A program made the position numbers and the translations under genes. Below the pieces are notes generated by a model that ran no database searches, was not told where the DNA came from, and was given only the letters and a program-made list of their open reading frames with translations. A DNA stretch of 63,580 nucleotides, filler included, from Reclinomonas americana ATCC 50394 (taxonomy: Eukaryota), in assembly GCA_048213135.1 (NCBI GenBank). It is 6 parts of 3 records of this genome, joined end to end, with 100 filler letters (N's around TTAATTAATTAA, not from the genome) between each part and the next. Parts side by side here need not be neighbours in the genome. Positions count along the whole stretch, not along the records: positions 1 to 13,375 come from PS015279.1; positions 13,476 to 23,162 come from PS015280.1; positions 23,263 to 46,639 come from PS015280.1; 3 more parts are not named here. One strand, 5' to 3'. This document shows, one piece after another, positions 12,437 to 23,526 of the stretch. How positions within the stretch are numbered: position 1 is the stretch's first letter; every line of letters begins with the position of its first letter.

Positions 12437-13375
12437 TCAGAACTGCTCCAAGAACCACTCAAACACCTCCTCGCTGTCTACATCGTCGGACATGCCGGTT
12501 TCGATGCTGTCGTCGCTTCCCAGAACCTGCCGCCCGACTCAGCGGTGAGATGCACACTCATCATGTACGGAGATGAGAGGATACAGGGGCGCGCACCTCA
12601 GTTGCCGAGTCGGACATATCGTTGAGTGAGTTCTCGTCGTTGTCTGCCAGTGCATCCTCTGCCACGTACAAGTCGTCGGCCGACAGTTTTGCAGAGTCGG
12701 CGTCCTTTGCTGGGTCGCGCTCCGAGAACACATTACGCAGGAACGGGTTGATGGCGGTTTTTCTTGACCGAGGCTGCATAGAGGCAACAACTGCACGTGA
12801 GAACGCCAGCGCAGACACGGGAGACAACTCGTTCGCCAGCAGAAACGCAACAGCAGCCCGCCGGCGATGAACGTAGTGCTTGGCCTTCTGCTCCACAACA
12901 GCGGTGAGTAGGGGAAGGGTTGATGGCAATACCACACACACACATATGTGTGCAACGCAACGGGGTTCTGCTGCATCGCGGCTTCCACTTCGGTATCGTC
13001 GACATCATCCTGCGTCTCGTTTACCTCCGGTGCCGATTCCTGCGNNNNNNNNNNNNNNNNNNNNCTTGCTGCTCGCGTATGCACCATGTGAGTGACTCGA
13101 GCAGACGAAGGAGAACACTCAGCATAACAGTTCGCAACTTGCGGTGCCGCTTGAGGTGCAGCCGGTGGTGCGCTCGCACCCGGTGCCTGCAGTCGCTGCG
13201 CCGAACGCACCAGCATGTCGCTCAACATGGACGCGTCGCGCTCGTCGTACGGATTCAAGCCGAGTGAGCGGGCGATGGAGACAAAGGCTTGCTCGGCGGC
13301 CGTCGGCGCTCCGGGAGCTCCTGGTGGCGGTGGTGCACCTGGGCCCTGCATGAACATGGCCTGCTGCTGCTGCTG
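12437..13375 (-). CDS. Hypothetical protein, 5'-partial, Pro/Ala/Gln-rich with acidic C-terminus
   Basis: Open exons with GT-AG introns, ending SEEVFEWFLEQF*. No family recognised; interrupted by a 20-N gap. Confidence 0.55.
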
Positions 13376-13419
13376 NNNNNNNNNNNNNNNNNNNNNNNNN
13401 NNNNNNNNNNNNNNNNNNN

Positions 13420-13431
13420 TTAATTAATTAA
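13420..13431. other. Artificial six-frame-stop linker TTAATTAATTAA (also 23207-23218, 46684-46695, 51697-51708, 60757-60768)
   Basis: Identical 12-mer embedded in N runs of uniform size. Confidence 0.97.
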
Positions 13432-13475
13432 NNNNNNNNNNNNNNNNNNNNNNNNNNNNNNNNNNNNNNNNNNNN

Positions 13476-13621
13476 TGTTTGAGCAGATGCTGGAGACGCT
13501 GGAGACCACCGTGGCCGAGGAGGAGAGAGCGGCGGCGGCATCGGCCGCAGCCAGTGCCGGCGATAGTGCGACGACTGTTGTTACTGACGCAGCAGCAGTT
13601 GTGGCGGCTGATGACAAGTGA
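13476..13621 (+). CDS. 3' end of an unidentified gene
   Basis: FEQMLETLETTVAEEERAAAASAAA..DDK* followed by AT-rich UTR-like sequence. Confidence 0.45.
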
Positions 13622-13671
13622 AACAGCTAGAAAAGAAAAAGTTGCTATTCTCTTGATTCTGTTCTTTTTAA

Positions 13672-14359
13672 CTAGGGTCCATTACTCTTTGCCAGCGATT
13701 CTGCGGGCATTGTCGTCGTCGCGGTTGTCGACGGCGCCATCAGCATGACGGTGCGGAACTCCTCGAAATCCACCTCGCCATCGCCATTGATATCGGCGGC
13801 AATCAGCATCTCCCGAAAGTCCTCTTCGCTCAATGCGACCTCCGCAGGCGCAGCACCGGGAGTAGCTGCTGCTGCATTCCCAGCAGGCGCATTCGCCGCC
13901 AACAGCATACGAATGGCCGAGGCCAGCTCGCGCTCATTGATCTTTCCGCTCCCATCCGAATCAAACATGCGAAACACCGCGCGCAGATCGGCCTCCGGAT
14001 CGCCCGCCTCCATCACCGCCACGATCAGCTCGCTCAACTCGCCAAACTCCACGAATCCATCGCTGTGCTGGCGCACCTCTTGAATGATCTCGTACACCTC
14101 AGGCGTCCACGATTTCAGCCCTGCGAAAGGAGGCCGTGAGCCAGCCTGTGTGTGAGGCAAAAGCGCGAGGCAGAGGACACACGCACCAAACTGCGTCAAC
14201 ACGTCGATCAACTGTGCACGAGAGCATGAGAGACACACAAAGAGAGAGTGGAAGGCGAGCACTGAGCGGCGTAACAGCGTGTATTGTGATGCGCCCTGTG
14301 CGATCGCGGTCGTATCTGTCAAAGATCACACGCAGCTTGCGTTGCAGTGCCTCGTCCAT
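13672..14359 (-). CDS. Calmodulin/centrin-like EF-hand protein
   Basis: EF loops DRDRTGRITIHA, HSDGFVEFGE, DSDGSGKINERE, DINGDGEVDFEE; two introns. Confidence 0.88.
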
Positions 14360-14449
14360 CTCCTTCGCTCTCTCACTGTCTGTCACTCGTCGCGCGCGAA
14401 CATGACAGCATTTTCGCTCACATTTTCGTTTTGCATTGCGTCACATACG

Positions 14450-16376
14450 ATGCGGAAGAACTCACTTCTCCTTCTCCTTCTCCTGCTGCTGCTGGCGCTT
14501 GTGCTCAGCAGCAGCGCACGTGCTGCTCGCGACGAGGAGGAAGACGATGAGGAATTTGAGCCGCCCTCACAGGAGGAGATGCAACAGCAGTTGCAGTTTG
14601 CCATGCACACTGATGCAGCCATGAGCACATCGTCGCAGCCGGTGGCACCCGTGGAGAACGATGAGCGAACAAGCGCCTACATTGATGTCAAAGTAGTGTG
14701 AGTGATGAGATTGATGATGACGCCTTATCCGCTCGCCTTATCCGCTCGCCTAGCGAGTGAGGCGTACATACACACACACACGCACATGTACTGAGCGCTT
14801 GTCTTGCTTCTCAACGCACGCAGTCCGAGTGACAAGGAACGCCACGTGGCGGCCATGGTGTTCGATGAGGAGGCGCGCGAGTTGGACATTGACTGCGCGT
14901 ACCTGTGCAAGCGGGCGTGCTGCAAGGCCAGTGCGGTGATTGAGGTGCCACCGGAGGGCGAGGAGGCGCTGCCGGAGCCGCCGCGTCTGCTGTGCTTTGC
15001 GGGCTGCTATCGGAATTGCACGGCTGGTGCGCCGCCAGAGCCCGAGCCGTCCGAGCCGGCGCCTGGAGTTGCGTGGCTGCTCCTGCAGGTGCTCTGGAGC
15101 GGAGATGGTGACTTGTGTGTCCGTGTGTGTGTGAGTACAGCAAGACAAGGACGCCAAGCCGCAGCGCAAGACACCAAACTCAGTCGGCAACTACCTCAAG
15201 TTCAATGGTCTGCGCCGTCGTCGTCACTCCTCTCTCACTCTCTGTGCACGCTATTGACTGCTCTGCCTCCTCCTCCGCTCTAGGTCTGAACAAGATCAGC
15301 TTTGTGACGTGGAACATTTGGGCGGTGGCCAAGTTCTATCAGGATGTGCTCGGCGGTGTCATTGTGGAGAATGCCAGCTACGACAAGTACTTTTCCGATG
15401 AGCTCTACGAGGGTCTCTTCCAGAAGGAGATCACCGACGCGCGCATGAACCGCCAGCACCGTGCCAAGCGTGCCGTGGCCGACTTGTCGGACTTTGGCAA
15501 GGATCGCATGGCCACGCGTCTCATTAGCTTTGGTGACACGTACTTGGAGCTGGTGCAGTTTATTGGCCGTCGTCCGGCCTCGCTCACCTACACGCCGTTC
15601 CGTGCCAACTTTACGTCGCCGGGCCTGATTGGCACGGCCTACATTGGCTTCGAGGTGAAGCCGGAGGTCGATCTCGGTCGCTTCATCAACGAGTTCGAGA
15701 ACGTCGCTCGCAAGCACAACTTCAACTCGGTGCGCTGCAACCGCGTGCAAGAGGTCGACGACGAGATCGACCGCATCTCCAGCGGCCGCCGCTACCCCAA
15801 GAACAACTTTTACCGCAACGCCGATGGCCCGTTCACCGGCTGGGAGGTGGCGTTCTGCAAGGGCCCCGAGGGCGAGCAGATCCAGTTCAACCAGTACAAT
15901 GGCGAGTCCGGTCGTCGTCTGGCTGCCGCGTTCCCTCGGTGCGCTCTATTCTTTTTTAATGTGTGTACTGGTAGAGGACTCACTGCCATGTGTGTGTTTG
16001 TGCGCGCGCCCGCGACAGCTACGTGCATCAGCGCATGAGCGAGTACGCTCCGTACGAGTTCAAGGGCAAGTACCCGCCGGAGGTGGCCGACTCTGCGACC
16101 ACGCTGGCCGCCGGTGCCTTTGAGGCGGAGGACGAAGCCGGTGTCAAGACGGAGCACGCTGTCAAGCCTCGCGGTGCGCGCCTGGTGTCGAAGGGTCGTG
16201 GCGGCGACGACGACGACGACGATGACGACGACGATGATGACGACGATGACGAGGACTACGGCCGCGACGGCGCTGGCGACGATGATGACGACGACGACAG
16301 CGACGACGACGAAGACGAGCCGTCGCTGGACGTCAAGCCGCGCAGCATGGCGTCGCGCAAGCGCGAGGAGCTGTGA
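14450..16376 (+). CDS. Secretory-pathway protein with glyoxalase/VOC-like fold, acidic tail and C-terminal REEL
   Basis: Signal peptide MRKNSLLLLLLLLLLALVLSSSARA, Cys-rich segment, then NKISFVTWNIWAVAKFYQDVLGG, YLELVQF, AFCKGPEGEQIQFNQ, poly-Asp and RKREEL*; four introns. Confidence 0.65.
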
Positions 16377-16447
16377 GGCTACTCGATAGAAGAAAACGGC
16401 ACTGATCGTGCGCGCAGTAAAAACAGCGTCACCTTGCCGCACTTTTA

Positions 16448-17167
16448 CTACTTTTCGTGGCGCTGCTGCTGCTGCTGCTGCCTCCTCTGGCGCTTCTCCA
16501 ATCGCTTCTCCAGTTGTTCCATGCGCGCCTCAATGATACTGCGCAGCACCGCTGTCGGCGTGCGCACTCCCTTCACCTGCCGGTACGACGCTCGTCGGCG
16601 CTTATAGTCTGGCTCTCCCGCACGACGCGACGCGCCTGCCTCCCCCCGCTCCTCTCCCTCCCAGTCATCATCGTCATCCTCATCGTCTTCTGGCGGAGGA
16701 GGAGGAGGAGGAGGTGGTGGCGGCGGAGGCAGTGGTTCCGCCCGACGAAGCACCCAACGCAAGTCCAACCGCGCCTCCATCGCCGCCACTCGCATCTCCA
16801 GTGGCTCTCCCACCACCTCCCAACACCGTTCCCACACATCCCGCAGCGCCTGTGCCACCTCCGTCACCTGCCCCACATACTCCGACAGACACCTCGCCCG
16901 CGCCTCCCCAAACGCAGCCGCCAACACGCGACAATGCTCCACTCGCACCGGCAATCGCTGCATCAGCGCACACACCTGCGCAGCGAGCGTCGAAACGTAC
17001 TTGTTGTCACTGCTCTCTCGCGCAGGCAGCATACGCAAGAGTGCGTGTCGTGCACGCGCCTCCGCGGCCTCCTTTGTGCGCAGTGCAGCCAGTGGAGGAG
17101 GCACCTCTGCGCCTTCACAGCCTGCCTCCAGACGCACCAGTGACTGCAGTGGCGCTCTCGATGACAT
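16448..17167 (-). CDS. SNRNP48: Candidate U11/U12 snRNP 48 kDa protein-like (intronless, 239 aa)
   Basis: DYKRRRASYRQVKGVRTPTAVLRSIIEARMEQL resembles the conserved C-terminal DYKRRRxSYR...TEVIRDVI motif of U11-48K. No CHHC zinc finger seen. Confidence 0.6.
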   Translation of the reverse strand: MSSRAPLQSLVRLEAGCEGAEVPPPLAALRTKEAAEARARHALLRMLPARESSDNKYVSTLAAQVCALMQRLPVRVEHCRVLAAAFGEARARCLSEYVGQVTEVAQALRDVWERCWEVVGEPLEMRVAAMEARLDLRWVLRRAEPLPPPPPPPPPPPPPEDDEDDDDDWEGEERGEAGASRRAGEPDYKRRRASYRQVKGVRTPTAVLRSIIEARMEQLEKRLEKRQRRQQQQQQRHEK

Positions 17168-17220
17168 TATGTCCTTCCGTCAGTGCCCTGCGTCCTGTCT
17201 CCGTCTCTTGTGGCACATGA

Positions 17221-20200
17221 ATGAGCGCGGAGGAATGGTGGCAGGCCAGTGGCGAGAGTGTGCTTCAGCGTGTGACAGAGGGCGTCAATGAGACAGCGAC
17301 ACGCATCGCTGCGTTTGAGGAGCACTCGTGGCGTGCATTGGTCATGCAGCGTGTGGAGAAGGTGCGGTGTCACCATGCGCGTGGAGGCATGCTGTGGGCA
17401 AGTGTGTCAACGCGTGCGACAGGTGCTGCAGGAGTGGCGGGAACCCGTCTTGTCTGTGGACCAGGTGTATGCGGAGATTGTGTGGGAGACTTGTCGCGAA
17501 TTGTTGCCGGCGCAGCTCGGCGTGTTGCGGGCGGAGCGTGAGGCCGAGCAGCGGGTACATGTTCTTTTGTGACTCTCATCTGTTGTGTATGCACTGGCTC
17601 TGATCGCGGGATCGTGGCGCAGGCTGTGGAGGTGCATCTGTGGCCTCGCCTGCGCCAATGGGTGCGAGAGACTGGCGTTGTTGAATCGTCGCCACTGGAC
17701 GACGTGAAGCAAGTGGTGATGGCGACGGTGGGCGATCCAGTGGCCGAGCTGCGGTGCGTGTGTGTGCTTGCGGATACAGGAGGAGTGACACTCAACAGAC
17801 AAGTAGAGCACGAGTGGATGCCGCTCGTCGGGCGCACTTCCAGAGCAGTTTTCCCGAGCGTGCGGCGCAGCAGGAGCAGCAGGCTCGTGCAGCGCGTCTT
17901 GCACGCTTTCAGCAGCTGACGAGTGCAGTCGACGAGCAGCACGAGGCGCGACAATCGGTGCTGGAGTATGTGCGGCGTTGGGATGCACTCAGCGAGGTGT
18001 GCTTTGCGCGCGGTGCTCGTCGTGTGCGACACCGCGTTCATCTGTGCTGCAGTGGGAGCGTGAGGAGCTGTCCGGAGAAGTCAGTGTGTGGCAGTCTGCA
18101 CGGCGCCAGCAGCTGTGGGCACAACTGGCGACAGAGGAGGCTGCATGGAGGGGCGGCTGGGACGCAGGTGGTGAGTGCCACGACGACGGCTGGGCGTGCG
18201 ATACAAGCTGACAGCATTCGACACAGTGCCGCACTTGTACAAGCTTGCGCTGGAGACTGCGCATGTTGCCTCGCGTGTGCTGGAAAGAATCGAAGCACCG
18301 CCACGATCGCCACTCGCTACACTCTCTGCCACGTGCAAGCCGTCGCCACCGTGGTTGCAGATGCTGGCGGGTGCGTGCATGTCGCTGACCATTCCCTCCT
18401 TCGTCGTCATGCATCTCTGCCTCTTGTTTGCTTGCTGACTTGCTGTGGTGGCAGATCTGCGTCGTCTGTGGCGCAGTCAGCAACCGCTCCCCCTCGGCGA
18501 GCCTGCCTCATCGGCTGTTCCGGCCGCCGAGGTGGCCGCCGAACTCGTGCTGCTCACCGATTTGAGTGGTTTCGTCGCATGCTGTGTTGCGATTGGTCTC
18601 TCCTGGGATGATGATACTCATTGCGGAAGCGATGCAGATCGACCATCCTCGCCCTTCCGTTCCTTGCTGGCACTTGCACTTGCTGCGCTGCCGTGGGATG
18701 CGAGCAGTGGCGTGACGGAGGCACTCGGCACCCTTCTCGCCCGCGACGCGCTTGCCTGTCACACCACGTTGCAGTGGGCCGAAGAGCAGCTGTCGCCCGC
18801 CATGGTTACCCACGCTGGATGTTGGTGCGTTACCGTGTTGAGCAGTCTGCACGCAGTGCGCGCTGATGGTCACACCCGCTGTTGCAGGCCGCTCGTACGC
18901 GTTCAGCTGCGCGCTGTGGATTTCACGCATCGGTGGCGTGCCAGTGTCGCCTCTCATCGTGTCGAGTCGATGCATGTGCGGCGGTTGCTGGCTGCCGGGA
19001 ATGTTGACTCCTCGATTCCGGCACGCCTCTGGCTGACCGGTCGCCGGCGCCTTTGTCGTGCCGCACTACAAGTGGAGGCCGCACGCCGGCGTGTGGCCGC
19101 CTCTGCTCTTCTCACTGGAGTGCGACCGGTGCGTGCCGAGCTGCAGCTGCACACCAGTGTGCTGGCGCACCGAGCGGCCGCCAAGACCTGTCGCTCCGCC
19201 CTCCGTCACCTGCAGCCGTTGTGTGCGTCACCGTCAATGTTCAGAGTGCGTCTCGTCCTCGCGACCAGCTGCTGTGCCCAGAATCCCCTCACCAACTTGT
19301 GCAGGGCTTGTTGCTGGCCGTTGCGTTGGTGTGTCGGCTAGTTGCACTGCGCAACTCTGTGATGGACACGAGTCGTGACGTGCTGCATGCTGTGACGCAG
19401 TCGGTGAGTACTTTGTCATGCGCGTTGCGCCACGAGTAGTGTGGCGTCTCACAAAATGTACACAGGGCGATTCGGTCGACGCCAGTGTACGGCAAGCACT
19501 TGAACTGGTGCTGGCCGATGACGAGGAGCGCTTTCACGTGCAGGTACAGGAAGCCGTCGAGTGCTCGCTTCCGTCACTGTTGGACCACACACTGCAGTGG
19601 TGCGTCCGTCCACAGCGGCGCCCACGCGCACACTCTTCCGCGTTTCTCAAAAGAATCGCACATGCAGTGTCGAGTCGCTGGCTCAGGTGGCACACACGCG
19701 TCGTGTGGCGTGGACGCTGGCCGTGTGTTTCCTGCAGGAACTGTTGGACTGGTGGAAAGAGGGCGGTCTGCGTGCACGACACGCAGTTCCTTGTGCGCAT
19801 CGCTTCAGTGTTGCACTGGCGGATGTGTTGAGCCATCGGCAGAGGCCTCGACTGCTGTCTGTTGAACTACGTATGCCTCTCTCTCTTGTCGACGACATGG
19901 CTCCGTGGACAGCCGTGGTCGACGAGTGCCTGCTCTTGTTGAAACAGTCGCGCATTGCTGGGTGAGTGTGTGTGGGGAGGCGACTTCCCTTCCTCGTTGT
20001 ATCGCCGACACAAAGTCGCTTGTGCAGTGATCGTCTGGACGTGCATCGATGTTTTCTGCCGGCTTCATCAGCGGTCGCATTGCGCCGCCTCTTTCGCGCA
20101 CTGATGGGTGTGGTGTCCACGTACTTTGTGGTGCGTGTTCCGGAACCAGAGGCGACAAGCGAGCAGCTGTTGGTGCACGGCCGCGAACGTTTCTTGCCCA

Positions 20201-20872
20201 CTGCCTTTTGGTTTGGGTGCGTCGCTGCTGTGCCTCTGGGGAGAGAGTGAAGAAGCAACAAGCTAACGTGCACTCTCATCATAGACATGCACCGGTGGTG
20301 CGGCAATGGCTGGAAGAACGAACGGAACGAAGTGTGGACGATGGAGGCGGCGACCGTGAGATGGACAGGCGTGCTCTTGCTGATGCGCGTCGCGTGTCGG
20401 TCACGGTACGCGATCACAGTGGTCGAATTTTGCATCGAGCGCACCGCGCTGTGGGTGACCGCCTCGCTGCATTCTGTCGGGATATCGTGCGTGCTCTCCA
20501 ATTCTTGTTGTGTTTCTTGGTTTGTGTGCTCCAACGACTCAAACCCACCACCACGGGCAGCTGACTCGCGGACGACGATTTGTCAACCGAGCCGAGTTTG
20601 AGCTGGCCGTGTATGCCGACGTGTGGCAACCGGCGGCCACCATGCTGACGGTGATCTGGAGGGAGGAGTGCCACCGGCTGGTGGGATCGCTGGTGCTTCA
20701 GGTGACGCCCACCGACAATCGCCTGTGGCCGAGTCCACACACGGTGAAGTGGAAGCAGGAGGGTGAAAATGCCGATACGGAGGGCGAAATGGCCAGCATG
20801 GTCACCGCCACGCCTCTGCCTGTGTCACTCGCGTCACGGATCATGGCGAGAACACTGTTGGCTAATCAATAA
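17221..20872 (+). CDS. Large multi-exon hypothetical protein
   Basis: Chain of coding-like exons with GT-AG introns from MSAEEWWQ to ARTLLANQ*. No family recognised. Confidence 0.6.
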
Positions 20873-20916
20873 TGATAATGCATAACAATAAGTTAATAAA
20901 GTGTCTGTTTTGCTGT

Positions 20917-22155
20917 TTACCACATCGATCCATCTTGCTCGACCCCGACAGTAAAGGCACGACTCCGCGCGTCCTCCAGAATGAAGCAACGCAACACAAT
21001 CTCAGGCAAGCAGCGCTCGACCTCTGCCTCCTCCACGTAGAACACGGGTAGCATATCCTGCACGGCTTCGCAGGCGAGCTGCGCAGTGGCCACCTCACGC
21101 CGCGAGGCGCCCACGACCGAGAACCACATGCGCACGCTACAATCGCTGCATCCAAACACAATCGCATGCCCGTCCGAGGTGACGGCGACAGACGACACCG
21201 TGCCCGCCCACATGAACTCGCGAACCTGCATGGCGGCAGCCACCGACCACACTCGCACGCTGCCGTCGTTGCCGGCGCTGACAAGAAGGTCGCTGTCGGC
21301 CGTGAATGCCAGCGATGTCACCTCAAACAGGTGTCCGATGAGAAGGCCTCGTACCGCTTCCGGGTCTCGCCTCGGTCTCGCATTCGCCGTGGTGAAGCCA
21401 GTAAACGCGCTATACTTGTCAACGCTACTCATCGATAGCAGCCTCACGTTCCCCTCGGCGTCACCCGTCGCAATGTGCCGCCCGTCGGGAGCCACAGCCA
21501 GACTCCACACGGGCGCAGTGCACTCCCGAAACTCATGCACACGCACTCCGCTCTCCAGCAACCACACACACACAGTGTTGTCTCCACTGGCGCTCACAAT
21601 ATGCTCCCCGTCGGGCGTCACCGCCACCGCATGCACCCAGTCCGCGTGTCCACGAAGACAGCGCACCTCTTCTCCCGATCTCGTCGACCACACCCGCACA
21701 GTTTCATCGACACCGCCGCTGACAATGTGGCGTCCATCGGGCGACACTGCCACCGACAACACCGGCAACCAGTGGCACTTGTGCGTCGACCACAGGTGCT
21801 GCCCGCTCGCCAAGTCCCACACATGCACTGCAGTGTCTGTGCCGCCGCCCACCACACACACTCCGTCGGGTGTCACTGCCAGTGCACGGATCATGCAGAT
21901 GGTCTCCATCTGCTGCACCTCGCATGCCGTGCGTGCACTCCACACGCGCACTGTGCTGTCGTGACCACTGCTGACAAGATGTTCATTGTCGGGGGTGATG
22001 ACCACTGACAAGACGGCGGCTTGGTGGCCACGCAGTGCGTGTGCATGCTGTGTGGGATGGAGGAGAGAGGGAGAGTGAGGCGCAGAGTGAAGGAATGCAC
22101 GATGTGGTGTGTGTGTGTGTGTTTGTGTGTGGTTTCGGCGTGCACCCACCAACAT
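20917..22155 (-). CDS. WD40-repeat protein, intact copy
   Basis: About seven GH...VAVTPDGxHIVSGxxDxTVRVW repeats; one intron after the ATG-TTG codons. Confidence 0.9.
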   Translation of the reverse strand: MLVGARRNHTQTHTHTPHRAFLHSAPHSPSLLHPTQHAHALRGHQAAVLSVVITPDNEHLVSSGHDSTVRVWSARTACEVQQMETICMIRALAVTPDGVCVVGGGTDTAVHVWDLASGQHLWSTHKCHWLPVLSVAVSPDGRHIVSGGVDETVRVWSTRSGEEVRCLRGHADWVHAVAVTPDGEHIVSASGDNTVCVWLLESGVRVHEFRECTAPVWSLAVAPDGRHIATGDAEGNVRLLSMSSVDKYSAFTGFTTANARPRRDPEAVRGLLIGHLFEVTSLAFTADSDLLVSAGNDGSVRVWSVAAAMQVREFMWAGTVSSVAVTSDGHAIVFGCSDCSVRMWFSVVGASRREVATAQLACEAVQDMLPVFYVEEAEVERCLPEIVLRCFILEDARSRAFTVGVEQDGSMW

Positions 22156-22721
22156 TTGAGGTGAGGCGGGACGTCGACGACTTGCCGCAATTTTTGGCGG
22201 TGGTGAATGGAGTGTTTTCAATTTCCACGTATGCATGCAGCGCGTGCGCAGCGACGAGCTCAGTCTTCGAGTTCGAGACATCGACGTGGATATCGATATG
22301 ATCGATCGGCCGGCGCCGGATCGCATGCACGCAATTGCGATTGATCCGAATTTGAACACGGTGCACGCGTTACGTGCACATATCAACTGCCTCTCCAGGG
22401 TGGTTCCTGTGAGGCGAAAGGAGGAGATGGAGCCATCGGAAGGTTTATTGGTGCCGAGAAAATGGAAAAATGAAGATATTTGGAACATATTGCAAATTTC
22501 AATGCATCATCTTCGGTCGGCAACCAACAGCTGGCGGTGCGTCTGTGGGCTGTGCCTTTTTTTTTTGTGAAATCTCTCCCTATCTCTGTCGTCTCGCATT
22601 CTCCTCTCCTCATCGGAGTGAGTGAGTGTGTGTGCGCGACATGGTCGTCCATGACCGACATCGCATAACTTGTGTCTCACTCGTCTGTGTGCGCTCGCGT
22701 GTTGCCCTCCGCAGCACCAAA

Positions 22722-23150
22722 ATGAGGACGCTCACCTTGCACGCCACGGTTGTCGTGGTGGCGCTTCTTGCTATCACTGTGTTCGCCGGCGCGGCGAATG
22801 GTGAGTGCTGCTGCGCACTCAACTGGACACGCATGGTTTTCCCGTCCTCACTTCTCCTGCGCGTGTGTTTGTGTGCGTGCACACTCAGCGGCCAGCGTGA
22901 GCTCTTTCTATCCTTTTCACGCGCGTGCGGGCATTTCCAGCAGCGAAGACGTTCTCACCATCACTGGTGCGCTGCTTGTCGATTATTGTCCGACTAAACT
23001 GTGCGCTGCAGGTGTCTCATGTCTCCTTGTTGCAGGCACTGGCCTCGCCACTTATGACCCGGTCTGTCTTAGTGTCGGTGGCTGTCCGACAGTCTGCTCC
23101 GGAAGCACAGCGATTCTGGCGAACGCGTCGACAGTGCTCAATGGTTTGCA
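22722..23150 (+). CDS. 5' start of a secreted protein (possibly the N-terminus of the gene continuing at 23527)
   Basis: Signal peptide MRTLTLHATVVVVALLAITVFAGAAN followed by short exons and GT-AG introns; cut off by the linker. Confidence 0.55.
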
Positions 23151-23275
23151 AGTTTGATTTCCNNNNNNNNNNNNNNNNNNNNNNNNNNNNNNNNNNNNNN
23201 NNNNNNTTAATTAATTAANNNNNNNNNNNNNNNNNNNNNNNNNNNNNNNNNNNNNNNNNNNNTCGTCTCGTCGTC

Positions 23276-23406
<131 letters not shown>

Positions 23407-23526
23407 CTTCCCTCCCTCTCGCTCTCTCGCTCTCTCTCTCGCTTTCTCTCGCTCTCTCTGCCTCTCTCCGCGTGTGTGTGCGTGTGTGTACCATGTGTGT
23501 GCGCGCGTATGGTCGCATCTGCACAG

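Noticed and set aside
13420..13431. Repeated TTAATTAATTAA palindrome as a biological motif
   Set aside because: Always centred in uniform N runs; an artificial six-frame-stop spacer.
22160..22570. Palindrome-rich intergenic stretch as an ncRNA, element end, or N-terminal extension of the 523-aa WD40 ORF
   Set aside because: No recognisable snRNA or tRNA motif or terminal repeats. The second WD40 copy shares only the ATG plus intron, so the upstream ORF extension is probably incidental.
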